Shown: piece by piece, positions 13,270 to 23,503 of the stretch
Position numbering within the stretch: the stretch's first letter is position 1
Layout: each line of letters starts with the position of its first letter
The notes under the pieces: generated by a model
What the model was told of the DNA's origin: nothing
Databases searched by the model: none
The model's input: the letters and a program-made list of their open reading frames with translations, nothing else
Program-made: the position numbers and the translations under genes
Source: Veleropilina oligotropha
Taxonomy: Eukaryota
Direction: 5' to 3'
Assembly: GCA_048128005.1 (NCBI GenBank)
Contig: JBEUKZ010000139.1
Coordinates: 124,001-188,000 of the forward strand
DNA: 64,000 nt

Positions 13270-16200
13270 TATATCACTATGGAATATACTAGGGATACGT
13301 TGTTGAACTTGGGTAAAGGAAAACCAATAGCACTTGACTGGAAAGTTCTGCGCTTAGTTAGAAGCGAGGGCATTGCGGCGCGGCCACCGACCAAAAGGGG
13401 AAAACCGGCTGGTGTAACAAAATAGCAAAATATGAAACAAAATGTGATCAATTTTTCTTCAAATCAAGGCCCATCAAATTCAACAGCAAGTCACAAATTG
13501 TAAACCAATTCACAGTGACTCCATAAAGTCACCAATTACATACTGGATTGGTGTTTGGAATGTGCAGTCATCACGGAATAAATGTGACAATCTTTTCGAT
13601 ACCATTCTTGAAAAGGATCTCGATGTGCTGATTCTAGATGAAACTTGGCTACATCAAACTGGAGATGATGCAAAGATATCCAGTATGACACCTCCAGGAT
13701 ATTCATTTGTCCACCATCCTCGACCTTCCAGAGGTGGTGGCATTGCAGTCATTTACAGGAGCTACTTATCGATGAAGATTTATCCACAGGCCACTGAATA
13801 CAGATCATTTGAACATATGGAATTCATGTTAACCCATCACAAAACAGCAACTAGAATTGTTGCCCTTTATCGACCTCCACCATCATCTAAAAGCAACCTG
13901 AATCTGACAACTTTCTTTGACGAATTTCCCAAATTTTTAAGTTATGCAGTGACCAGTAAAGGACGGCTTGTGATGCTTGGCGACTTTAATATTCAATATG
14001 ATCGGCATTTGAATCATGACTCCTCAAAAATCAACACGTTGTTTCAAACATACGATCTAATTCAATCTGTTGACTCGTCAACACACAGAAAACAGGAGGA
14101 ATGTGTCAAGAACGTTACTGTCTCTGACTTGCAGCCCTCTGATCATCATTTGATAACAGTCTCGCTTGATACAACCAGATCTCCAGGACCCAAGGTATCA
14201 GTGAAGTGTCGAAACATCAAGCGAATGAACGCACAAGCCTTCAGACATGAATCTATCTGATTCTATCCTATGCAAAGAATCAAACTTGACATGCGAAGAG
14301 TTCGCTGAATCTTACGACTCTGTTCTGAAAAACCTCCTTTATAAACATGCTCCATAGGTCGTGAAGGTTATTTCACAAAGGAAAGATATACCATGGCTCT
14401 ACTCAGCAGATATTAAACAATTGAAGGTTGAACGAAGGAAAGCTGAGCGTATATGGAGGAAAGAAAAAGTCGAAATCCATCGCCAAATATGTTTACGCGC
14501 GGAATAAAGTCACAGCCCTCGTCAGATCAGCCAAGAGAAATCACTTTAACTCAAAAATCGATGTGTGGTCAGGGTTAAAAAAAGCTCTTCAAACTGATGT
14601 TTTCACTCATGGGTAAGAAGAAGGAAGTGTCTCTCCCGAACATTGGTGATGCTAGCCAGATAGCAGACGCTTTTGCTAAATACTTTTCTGATAAGATCTC
14701 GACTATACGCGACCAGTTGGACGGTCCTTCGTATCATGATGATTCCAAGCTGTTCGAAGGCGAGGGCCTTACACAGTTTAAGCCTATGTCAGAGAGTGAC
14801 GTTCTTGCTATTCTGCGGAAAGCAACGCCTACATGCTGTGAGCTGGATACTATCCCAACAAAATTGGTATATGATCACATAGACTTTTTCCTTCCCATTA
14901 TCACTACCATTGTGAATTCGAGTCTTGATTCAGGAATCATGCCTAAAAGAATGAAGAATGCAATTGTTAAACCCCTGTTAAAGAAGTCCACCCTAAACCC
15001 AGACGATCTGAAAAACTACAGACCGGTATCTAACTTGTCTTTCATTTCAAAGATAGTTGAAAAGGCGGTCTGTCAGCGACTTTTTGAATAACTTCAGATG
15101 CATGATCTCTATGAACCCTTCCAGTCAGCTTATCGACAGGGTCACAGCACTGAAACTGCTATTCTTGATGTCGCCAATGCCATTCGCTCTGGTATCAACA
15201 AAGGCACTGTTTCCTTGCTAGTAATGCTCAACCTGAGCTCAGCCTTTGATACCATCGACTACGACAACCTGATTCTACGCCTCGAAGACCAGTTTGGAAT
15301 CAGGGGACATGCTTTGGCATGGTTTCATTCGTATCTGAGAAACAGGTCTCAATCAGTTGTAGTAGAGAATTTGTTTGCACCACCAGTCAGCTTGGATTGC
15401 GGAGTTCCATAAGGTTCTGTTATTGGACCCGTTCTCTTCACTATCTACACCAAGTACACCGGTAATCTCGTTGCAATGCACAATCTTCGTCGCCAATTTT
15501 ATGCAGATGACTCGATCACAACTATTTGATGTCTTCAAACCAACAGTCATTTCTGCTGATGCTGCCATTTCCAATATGTCTATATGTTACGACCAAATGA
15601 AAGCCTGGACAACACACAATAAACTCAAGCTGAACGGTCAGAAAACGGAAGCAATACTCTTTGATCCAACTGCAAGAAGAAAGCAATCTGAATTCACATC
15701 ATTCACTGCTGGATCTTCATCTATTGCTCTCTCTGACGCTGTACGAAATCTTGGAGTCATTCTTGACAGCGAGCTGTCAATGGACAATCACGTAACACAA
15801 GTATCAAAGCAATGTTTTAGTGTCATCAGAAACATTAGCTCCATCCGTAAGTTTCTAACTACAAAATCAGCCAAAACTCTGTGTCGTTAATCCTGTCAAG
15901 GCTGGACTACTGCAAAAGTCTTTTGGCTGGATCCGCAAAATGCCAAACCGCCAGATTACAACGAATCGAAAACATCGCTGCCAGGATTGTTTCCCACACA
16001 AAACAGAGTGATCACATAACCCCCATCTTGAAGACCTTGCATTGGCTACCAGTGGACTATCGAATAAAATTATTTGCATTACATACAAATTCATTGCAGG
16101 CATCACCCCTAAATACCTCTGCTACCTTGTAGCTTCCTACAACCCTACTCGAACTCTTAGATCTCAGGGAAAGAACCTTTGTGTCGTGAGATGCGTGGCT

Positions 16201-16372
16201 GCTGAGGAGCGGAATGCGCTACCACATGAACTTCGTAACTCTTCCACTCTTCAGAGCCAATCTGAAAACATATCTCTTCAAACAAGCTTACAACTGCTGA
16301 TCTTTTCTTGAGCTATATTCCTCCTGCGCTTAGAGCATGTTTTTACATGGAATATATTATTATTATTATTAT
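13270..16372 (+). pseudogene. Decayed L2-clade LINE (APE endonuclease plus RT)
   Basis: ETWL, RGGGIAV, YRPP, GDFN, SDHH (APE); NYRPVSNL, QSAYR.GHSTETA, SAFDT, CGVP*GS, tatgcagatgac (YADD), SRLDYC, LHWLPV (RT and L2 tail). Many frameshifts; (tta)n 3' tail. Confidence 0.9.
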
Positions 16373-16848
16373 ATGCTCCAAGTTGTTCAATCGCAGTGTG
16401 CATTTCAACAATATCGTCTATTCGAAACACTGGACCCACATCGAATTATGTGCATGTTTCGTCGATAAGAGCGAATGAAAGGCAATCGACTTTTTAATCT
16501 AAATTAGTTCCCAGTAAGGGTTGATATTATATGTACGATCTATGTCAGCGAGACACTGCAAAACAGCTGATTTTATTTTCTGGCACACAAGACATTTGTT
16601 TCAGTGTACATCCAATGGTTTGTGAGATGTGGTACAGTATATGAAAGCACTTATAAACATATTGTATGATTTATATATTGTTAGTGTTCTTAATTATCAC
16701 TGGTGACTGCTTCAGTGGGTGAGTGGGTAGCTCATCAGACACTCAAACGAGACAGCCAGGGGGGGGGGGGCTCAAAATAATGGTTGGCATATCCCTAGCG
16801 TATGTCGGTCAGATCAGCTTGAGACATTCATATGTGTGCACCGAATGT

Positions 16849-16925
16849 TGTTACATTGCGGGGCAGATGATGTTACCGGTTCGGACTTCAAGAACCGGTA
16901 ACATCATCTGCCCCGCAGTGTAACA
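16849..16925. repeat. Near-perfect 34-bp-stem hairpin (probably a collapsed MITE)
   Basis: tgttacattgcggggcagatgatgttaccggttc, 9-nt loop, gaaccggtaacatcatctgccccgcagtgtaaca. Confidence 0.85.
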
Positions 16926-17607
16926 GTTGTTAATTTGGTGCCGTGAACAGGATTACGTGACGACAATTGCTACTATCAGGCCACTAGTTGTCATTAATAA
17001 TATACACTCAATTATATTAGATCACAGGTCAAGATCAATCTCTTTTGGCAGTGGTGCTCAGTGCGATGTCATTAGTACATTATTTCAATATTAAAACATA
17101 CAATAGTAATGAACCATTAATAAAGATCTACTCATTAAGTACTTTAGGCATCATATTGTAACAATGTGTTAAGGCTGCAAAATTGCCAAAAGTGGTCGTA
17201 AAACAAAGTTGCCAACCAACCAATCTTATTACCGGTACCATCATCACAAATGTCGTAAGCGTGTGATAAAGATGGAATAGCTAGATTAGAGATATCAGCC
17301 TTATTGATGGCAGAATCTTAACTAGTTAACGCAATCGAGTTTGTTTAGCCGATATGAAACATTTCAATATGAATCAATGACCTTATACAACATAAGGTGG
17401 CTGTTAAGAAATATTTCTTGACTTGAATATGTCACGTTTTACCGTTTAATTGTTGTGTAGATTGACATTCCCAAAGGTTAACGCGATAGCACGCCCACAA
17501 ACTGTCCATAACAAAAGATAATGTCACCGATTCGGAAGTTTTTTAATAATTTTAATTTAAAATGTAAGATCCAACATAGCAACATTACATGGAGTCTAAT
17601 GAACCAA

Positions 17608-17935
17608 GAAGCAACCAATCTAAGGCCGTTTGTTTATTTTCACTAGCAGTTGATTGAATTGGTTCAATGCTTAAGCAATAGATAATACACCAGCAATACG
17701 ATAATATATGAGCGATATATGCACATAACAAGCCAAGCGAGATCAAGGCTTGTTATGTGCATATCACCGAGGGGTGAAATCTGTATTATCTGTTATATAC
17801 ACAATATATTGTAAATTGAAAGCTCTCGCCCCTTATAACACGAAATTACTCACCATATCGTTCTCTGGGGCCTGATATGAGAGTACTCTTTCATTGCCAG
17901 CTAACCAAATCCTTTGTTACTGTCCAGCGACATGT
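17608..17935. repeat. Block duplicated in inverted orientation at 50990-51320
   Basis: For example gaagcaaccaatctaaggccgtttgtttatt vs aataaacaaacggtcttagattggttgcttc, and ctcaccatatcgttctctgggg vs ccccagagaacgatatggtgag. Confidence 0.85.
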
Positions 17936-17989
17936 CTGTGACACAAGTTAACATATTAATGGTTCAAAGTAGGATAGTATGTCAATATT

Positions 17990-18242
17990 AATGGCGGGAG
18001 GAAAGCCCGGTCGCCTGGGAAAACCTGCCCTCTGACCAGTTACGGATATAAATGTAATTCAACTGAACAAATAGTGCCAAGGGTCCCAACAGAGATTAAA
18101 ACCCGCTAATGTTTGTGTTAGCGGAATGAAGCCTGTGATTTCAGAGTCTGTAAACGAAACCACACGGCTGTCGGAGGGGCCACACGGCTGTCGGAGGGGC
18201 CACACGGCTGTCGGAGGGGCCACACGGCTGTCGGAGGGGCCA
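17990..18242 (-). mobile_element. Diverged SINE copy with four tandem 20-bp repeats at its 5' head
   Basis: gcgggaggaaagcccggtcgcctgggaaaacctgccctc matches the SINE body. cacacggctgtcggaggggc x4 at 18161-18240. Confidence 0.7.
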
Positions 18243-18607
18243 TACTAGCCGTGGATACTGAACAAGGACATTAGGTTGCGGTTCTTCAGGTAAATGTACT
18301 GAATATGTCGTACCTATGATAGAAGTTATCTTAACTGAACTATGTCGTATACTCCATCATGAACAAAATAATATTAGACATAATTGAGAATTATGCAACA
18401 TTTTCAAGAAACTATTATTGCAATGAAGTGAAATAATTCATAAGAATTAATATTAAAAGTATTACATTTTGACACATTTAACCAATCAAAACACTGCATG
18501 GTCACATGACACGAGGTGAAAATAACCAATACCAGATCAATAACATAATATGGCAATTGTAGTACCTATGTCTTTATATTGGTGAATTACCAAGCATGAA
18601 AGTCAAT

Positions 18608-20650
18608 TTATATGAGTTCCTTATGGTGAATTCGCATATGGGATTTAACGTGGGCAGCCTGACGGAAACGCCTCCCACACCCTCCACATGGATGTGGCTT
18701 TTCTCCAGTGTGGCATAACATATGCAGCTTCAATAATCTTGATTCAGTGAATGACTTGTCACACAATCCACATTGAAAAGGCCTCTCCCTTTCGCTAGTC
18801 AACATGTGCTTATGTAATTCACCCAATGTCACGAAAGCCTTCTCACATACTGGACACTGATGCTTTTCGTTGGCATGGATTAACAAATGCGTCTTCAGAT
18901 TACCTGAACGCTTGAATGACTTTGCACATAGCTCACACCGATGTGGTCTCTCACTTGTGTGTGTGAACATGTGCGTCTTCAGACAATCTGAACGTTTGAA
19001 TGACTTTGCACATAGCTCACACCGATGTGGTCTCTCATTTGTGTGTGTGAGCATGTGTTTACATAGACTGTCAGAGCATCGGAATTGCGCTGCGCACACT
19101 GAACACAGGTATGGCCGCTCACTGGTGTGTGTGAATACATGACTCTTTAGATTTTGAAAAGACTTTGCACACACACGCTCATATTGCTCCACTCCAGTGT
19201 GAGTTAAACAATGACTATTTCGGGAGTGAATCTTTAGAGAGTACCGTCTGCTGAATGCCTTATCACACACTTCACATTGATATTGCCTTTCTCCAGTGTG
19301 GCTTAACATATGCATTCTTAAATCACTTGATGTGTAGAATGACTTGCCGCACAGCATACATTGAGAAGGCCTCTTCCCAGTGTGAACGAGTATGTGCACA
19401 CGTAAAGTATTCAACAGCCCGAAAGACTTCTCACAGACTGTACACTTATGAGATCTTTCGCCAGTATGATGTAACATATGTATCTTCTTCAAATATCTTG
19501 AACTTTTGAATGATTTTGCGCACACACCACAATGATATGGCCTCTCATTTGTGTGTGATAACATATGCACAGTAAGATTACCGGAATATCTGAATTGTTT
19601 TCCACACACGGAACACAGATGTCGCTTCTCCTCACTGTGTTTAATGTTAATGTGCCTCTTTAGTTTGTCCAAGACCCTGAAAGTCTTTGAACACACATCA
19701 CACCTATACGGCTTCCCTACAATGTGACTTACTTGATGCAATTTTCGAGCGCGTGAGGTAAGAAATGACTTGGCACATGCATCACACTGATAGGGCTTAA
19801 CTCCCGTGTGAGTCAACAGATGATAATCTCGACCGCCCACAGACCGATATGCCTTCTTACACACGCCACATTGATATGGCCTTGCCTTCGGGTGCGTCGT
19901 CAATATATGCCTGTTGCGCTTTGTCATGGATCCATATGACTCTTTACACACGCCACATTGATATGGCCTTGCCCCTGGGTGCGTCGTCAATATATGCCTG
20001 TTGCGGTTTTTCATGGTTACAAATGACTCTTTACACGTGGCACATTGATATGACCTTGCCCAATGGTGCATCAATATATGCTTGTTGTGATTTTGCAAGG
20101 ATTCAAATGACTCTGTACACACCGAACACTGATATGATTTCTCCCGTGTATGGGCTAAGCTATGATTCCTTGGACCACTTCCTGGGTGAGGCAATATGCG
20201 CCTAATTCGTATTTTTGCCAATCCAAATGACTCTGAACGCTGATATGATTTATCCCTATGGTTCATTAAACTGCTTCCCACGTGAGTCAACAACATGTGT
20301 CTATTTCGCATGTTCGCTGATCTAAATGACTGCGTACAAAATTCACACCGATATGACGCATTCCCAGTGTGAATTAACATATGCCTCGTGAGATCGTTCG
20401 ATTCTACGTACGACTTATCGCAAACACTACACTTATAGCGCCTCTCAATGTGCGTTGTTGTCCTATGCAAAGATAGAAGAATCCTTGAAGAGAATATATC
20501 TCCACACACTTTGCATTTTATCTGCTGATGCGGACGTTTTCTATGTATTTCCAAATGTCCAGTTAACTCTCTTATGTGTGCGAATGATTCTGAACAACAT
20601 CCACATTGATACGGCTTCTCTAAGATTTCCGTGCTTAATATTTCATCCAT
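18608..20650 (-). CDS. Poly-C2H2 zinc-finger protein, 680 aa, about 21 fingers in a single coding exon
   Basis: Repeated CxxC-x12-HxxxH with TGEKP/TNERP linkers. Pyrimidine-rich acceptor ttttattctcttttag ends at 20733 upstream of the ATG. Confidence 0.93.
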   Translation of the reverse strand: MDEILSTEILEKPYQCGCCSESFAHIRELTGHLEIHRKRPHQQIKCKVCGDIFSSRILLSLHRTTTHIERRYKCSVCDKSYVESNDLTRHMLIHTGNASYRCEFCTQSFRSANMRNRHMLLTHVGSSLMNHRDKSYQRSESFGLAKIRIRRILPHPGSGPRNHSLAHTREKSYQCSVCTESFESLQNHNKHILMHHWARSYQCATCKESFVTMKNRNRHILTTHPGARPYQCGVCKESYGSMTKRNRHILTTHPKARPYQCGVCKKAYRSVGGRDYHLLTHTGVKPYQCDACAKSFLTSRARKLHQVSHIVGKPYRCDVCSKTFRVLDKLKRHINIKHSEEKRHLCSVCGKQFRYSGNLTVHMLSHTNERPYHCGVCAKSFKSSRYLKKIHMLHHTGERSHKCTVCEKSFGLLNTLRVHILVHTGKRPSQCMLCGKSFYTSSDLRMHMLSHTGERQYQCEVCDKAFSRRYSLKIHSRNSHCLTHTGVEQYERVCAKSFQNLKSHVFTHTSERPYLCSVCAAQFRCSDSLCKHMLTHTNERPHRCELCAKSFKRSDCLKTHMFTHTSERPHRCELCAKSFKRSGNLKTHLLIHANEKHQCPVCEKAFVTLGELHKHMLTSERERPFQCGLCDKSFTESRLLKLHMLCHTGEKPHPCGGCGRRFRQAAHVKSHMRIHHKELI

Positions 20651-20974
20651 GAATTATGGTGTATTGTAAGATTGTTATTATGAAGTTTTGTTGATGGTCC
20701 GTTGCGTTATGACCAACTCCAATATCATATGCCTAAAAGAGAATAAAATGGCTATTAACAAGAAAATATTTAAATCAAAATATTTACAGAGTATGACAAA
20801 CATTGAGAAATGAATTACATCCATTTCACGAAAATCACGACAATGGAATAGAAAGTGAAAATTACAAATGCACAGATTTTGAGATGTGAAAGAGTATGCT
20901 TAGATGCAATATCCACGACTGAAGAGCTTCAGAAATTATTAAACAAAGTAACGTAAACAAAAATGAAATGAGAA

Positions 20975-21168
20975 AAGCCCTGTCACCGAGGAAACCTGCC
21001 CTCTCTGAACAGTTAACTTACGGACAACTGCGATTCAAAACTGAACAAATAACGCCAATGTCCCAACGGAGATTCGAATCCACTACTCTTCGTGTCAGCG
21101 GAAGCGAGCTCTGATTTCCGAGTCGGCACCGAATCCACATGACTGGCAGAGCGGTCGATCCCGAAGGC
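20975..21168 (-). mobile_element. Diverged SINE copy
   Basis: aaacctgccctct..cggacaactgcgattca..gagattcgaatccactact matches the main SINE family. Confidence 0.7.
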
Positions 21169-21264
21169 AAGATTAAGCATTGATTCAAAACAAGTAAAAA
21201 AAAAGACAGCCGCCCAGCTATCAGGAACCCCAGCATTATATAGCAATCAGACTGCCATAGAAAA

Positions 21265-22300
21265 TCTGTGATCTTGACCTTGCCAGTAGCTCTTGGCTAA
21301 ACACTGTGCTATTAAACTGTCAATCATGAAAAAATAATTTAAAAGAAAAAAATTGCGAGTATATTTACACCTCTGTGACCTTTACATTTGATCAAAGGTC
21401 ATTTTTCTCTCTGTTACATGATGTACTAACCCTACAGAAAGAGCTTGGCAAAAATTTAAAAAAATGTTTACGAATTATAAAAATATATAAATATGGAAAT
21501 TTGTGAAGGTCAAAGGTCAAATGACAAACATTTTATATTAGCACCATGCACAGCTTTGGGTTATAGGCAACATATAATAAAATTAAAAGGCTACCATGCT
21601 GAGTCTCCGAACCAGCCCGGACAAAATTTCAGGGTCAAAGGTTATTGTGGCAAGGTCAAAAATCATTCCCGTGAAATTTACCCACCATGATCTAGGGTAT
21701 GATAAGGGTAGTCCATATGTCATAATATGTCTCCATAGCTATCCTAGTAGCCAGGCTATAGGTCTCACAAAGTATGCAAATTGTGAGTATATTTTGACCC
21801 CTGTGACCTTGACCTTTGACCAAAGGTCATTTTTTGTATTTGTTATATATACTAACCCTAAAGAAATAGTTTGGCCCCAAAAAATAAAAAAGTACGAAAA
21901 ATATAAAAAAACAGAAAATTTGTGAAGGTCACTACGCAGAGGTCAACAAATGATCAAAATTCCTTCATCCTTGTATTATTGTGCGTGTTATTGTTTCGCT
22001 ATATATATGGTGCTAATCTAATAAATTGAATTGTATTATACATAGGTTGCAGATGACGTCATGCAGTCCCATAATTCTGTCCGCGTTCCGGACATATTTT
22101 CAAAGCCAAATATAAAAATCAGTTGCTAGAAACATACTGATCTTACACTACCAAGTTATCAACAGCCTATTGGTTACATTATAACCTGTTACATATCTGT
22201 AGTTACTTTTCTACATTTTCCACAAATTAACTATGAATATAGACTCTACGACACACACACACACTCATGGACACAGGCACCCACTCAACTTAGGTCCAAA
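21265..22300 (-). mobile_element. Helentron-like (HINE) repeat remnant
   Basis: Recurrent gaccttgacctttga / aaggtcaaaggtca units and a terminal (ac)n microsatellite. Confidence 0.45.
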
Positions 22301-22357
22301 CACTGTAATAAATAAGTTGAAAAATGAGGATTAAGAGTAATCCCTTGTATCTATAAT

Positions 22358-22563
22358 AATATACTTACGTCCTTACTAATGCCATAATAAGCCTATTATC
22401 GCTAAATCCGGACAAGGTGGAAATGGTAATTTCGCACTTTTTAGTAAATTGAACCCAGCTGACCCAGTGACCTGCTCGACCTCCTCCAGTTCATGTCTAT
22501 TAAGAGCTCGCCAACTCCCGCGAGATCCTCGTGACCCAAGGGTCAAGACCTCATCCGAAGTTT
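22358..22563. repeat. DIRS 3' inverted terminal repeat (terminal extension at 22324-22357)
   Basis: Reverse complement of 29504-29709; no mismatch seen by eye. Confidence 0.95.
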
Positions 22564-22627
22564 ATGCAAACCCCAAGACAAAGAACTTATATAAGAGGGG
22601 AGGTGCGAAGCAGGGTGGGCCAAGTGG

Positions 22628-22717
22628 GTAAGGACGTAAGTATATTATTATAGATACAAGGGATTACTCTTAATCCTCATATCTATATCAAATATACTTA
22701 CGTCCTTACTAATGCCA
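22628..22717. repeat. DIRS internal complementary region (ICR)
   Basis: 22628-22680 is the reverse complement of the end at 22324-22376. 22681-22717 is the reverse complement of the end at 29683-29719. They join at taatcctcat|atctatatc. Confidence 0.95.
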
Positions 22718-23503
22718 AGAATAACTTTGGTTGGCGGAGTTATAAGTTCCATACACCAAAATTAAAACTTACTTGTTACCAGAAGACGACGCTGTAGCGT
22801 TGAGATCGAGTCCGGTCAGAGTGGATTTTACTGAGCATCAAATCTACCCTTACCCCGAGGTGAGATTTCGACCAAGAAATCTGGGAAAACACGCCAGGGA
22901 TGTTAGTCGGACAGGTAACACGAAAGTGCATGTAGCTCCGGACACCGGCGGAAGGTATACCTTGAGGCACTCGTGTCATGAGCAAAGACAGTGATCTGAA
23001 TATTCCGGACTCAAAGGTCGGCAGACAGAAAACTGCAAGACGTGGTTTTTAGAAGCACCCGAACCTAGGCAGGTAGATAGTGTTATAAAACCGTGACAAT
23101 TATCAATAGATTGAAGAAAATTTCAATAACTTCATCTTGAATAATAAATTTTTGCATGTCTAACTTGCAAAATGTCAACATGAAACATGTTACTTAAATA
23201 ATTTTAAGTAGAGAATAATATTAAAATTTCTCAATGTACGCACATTGAAATGTTCTGCGACAGCAAAGAGAACATTTTAAGAAATAATATTATTTACAAA
23301 AAACATTTTTAAGCTTTAATAATATAAATGTCTACATCCAATGTGGGCATTGCTTCATATTAACTCAGTATGAATAAATAAATTCAATTTCTTAATCAGT
23401 TTAAGAAAGAAATACATTGGAGTAAATTCTAATGGTGATTTCAATGTACACAAATAGAATTACATTATATTACCTCAGTGTCTGGTAAAATTCCTAAAAC
23501 CAA

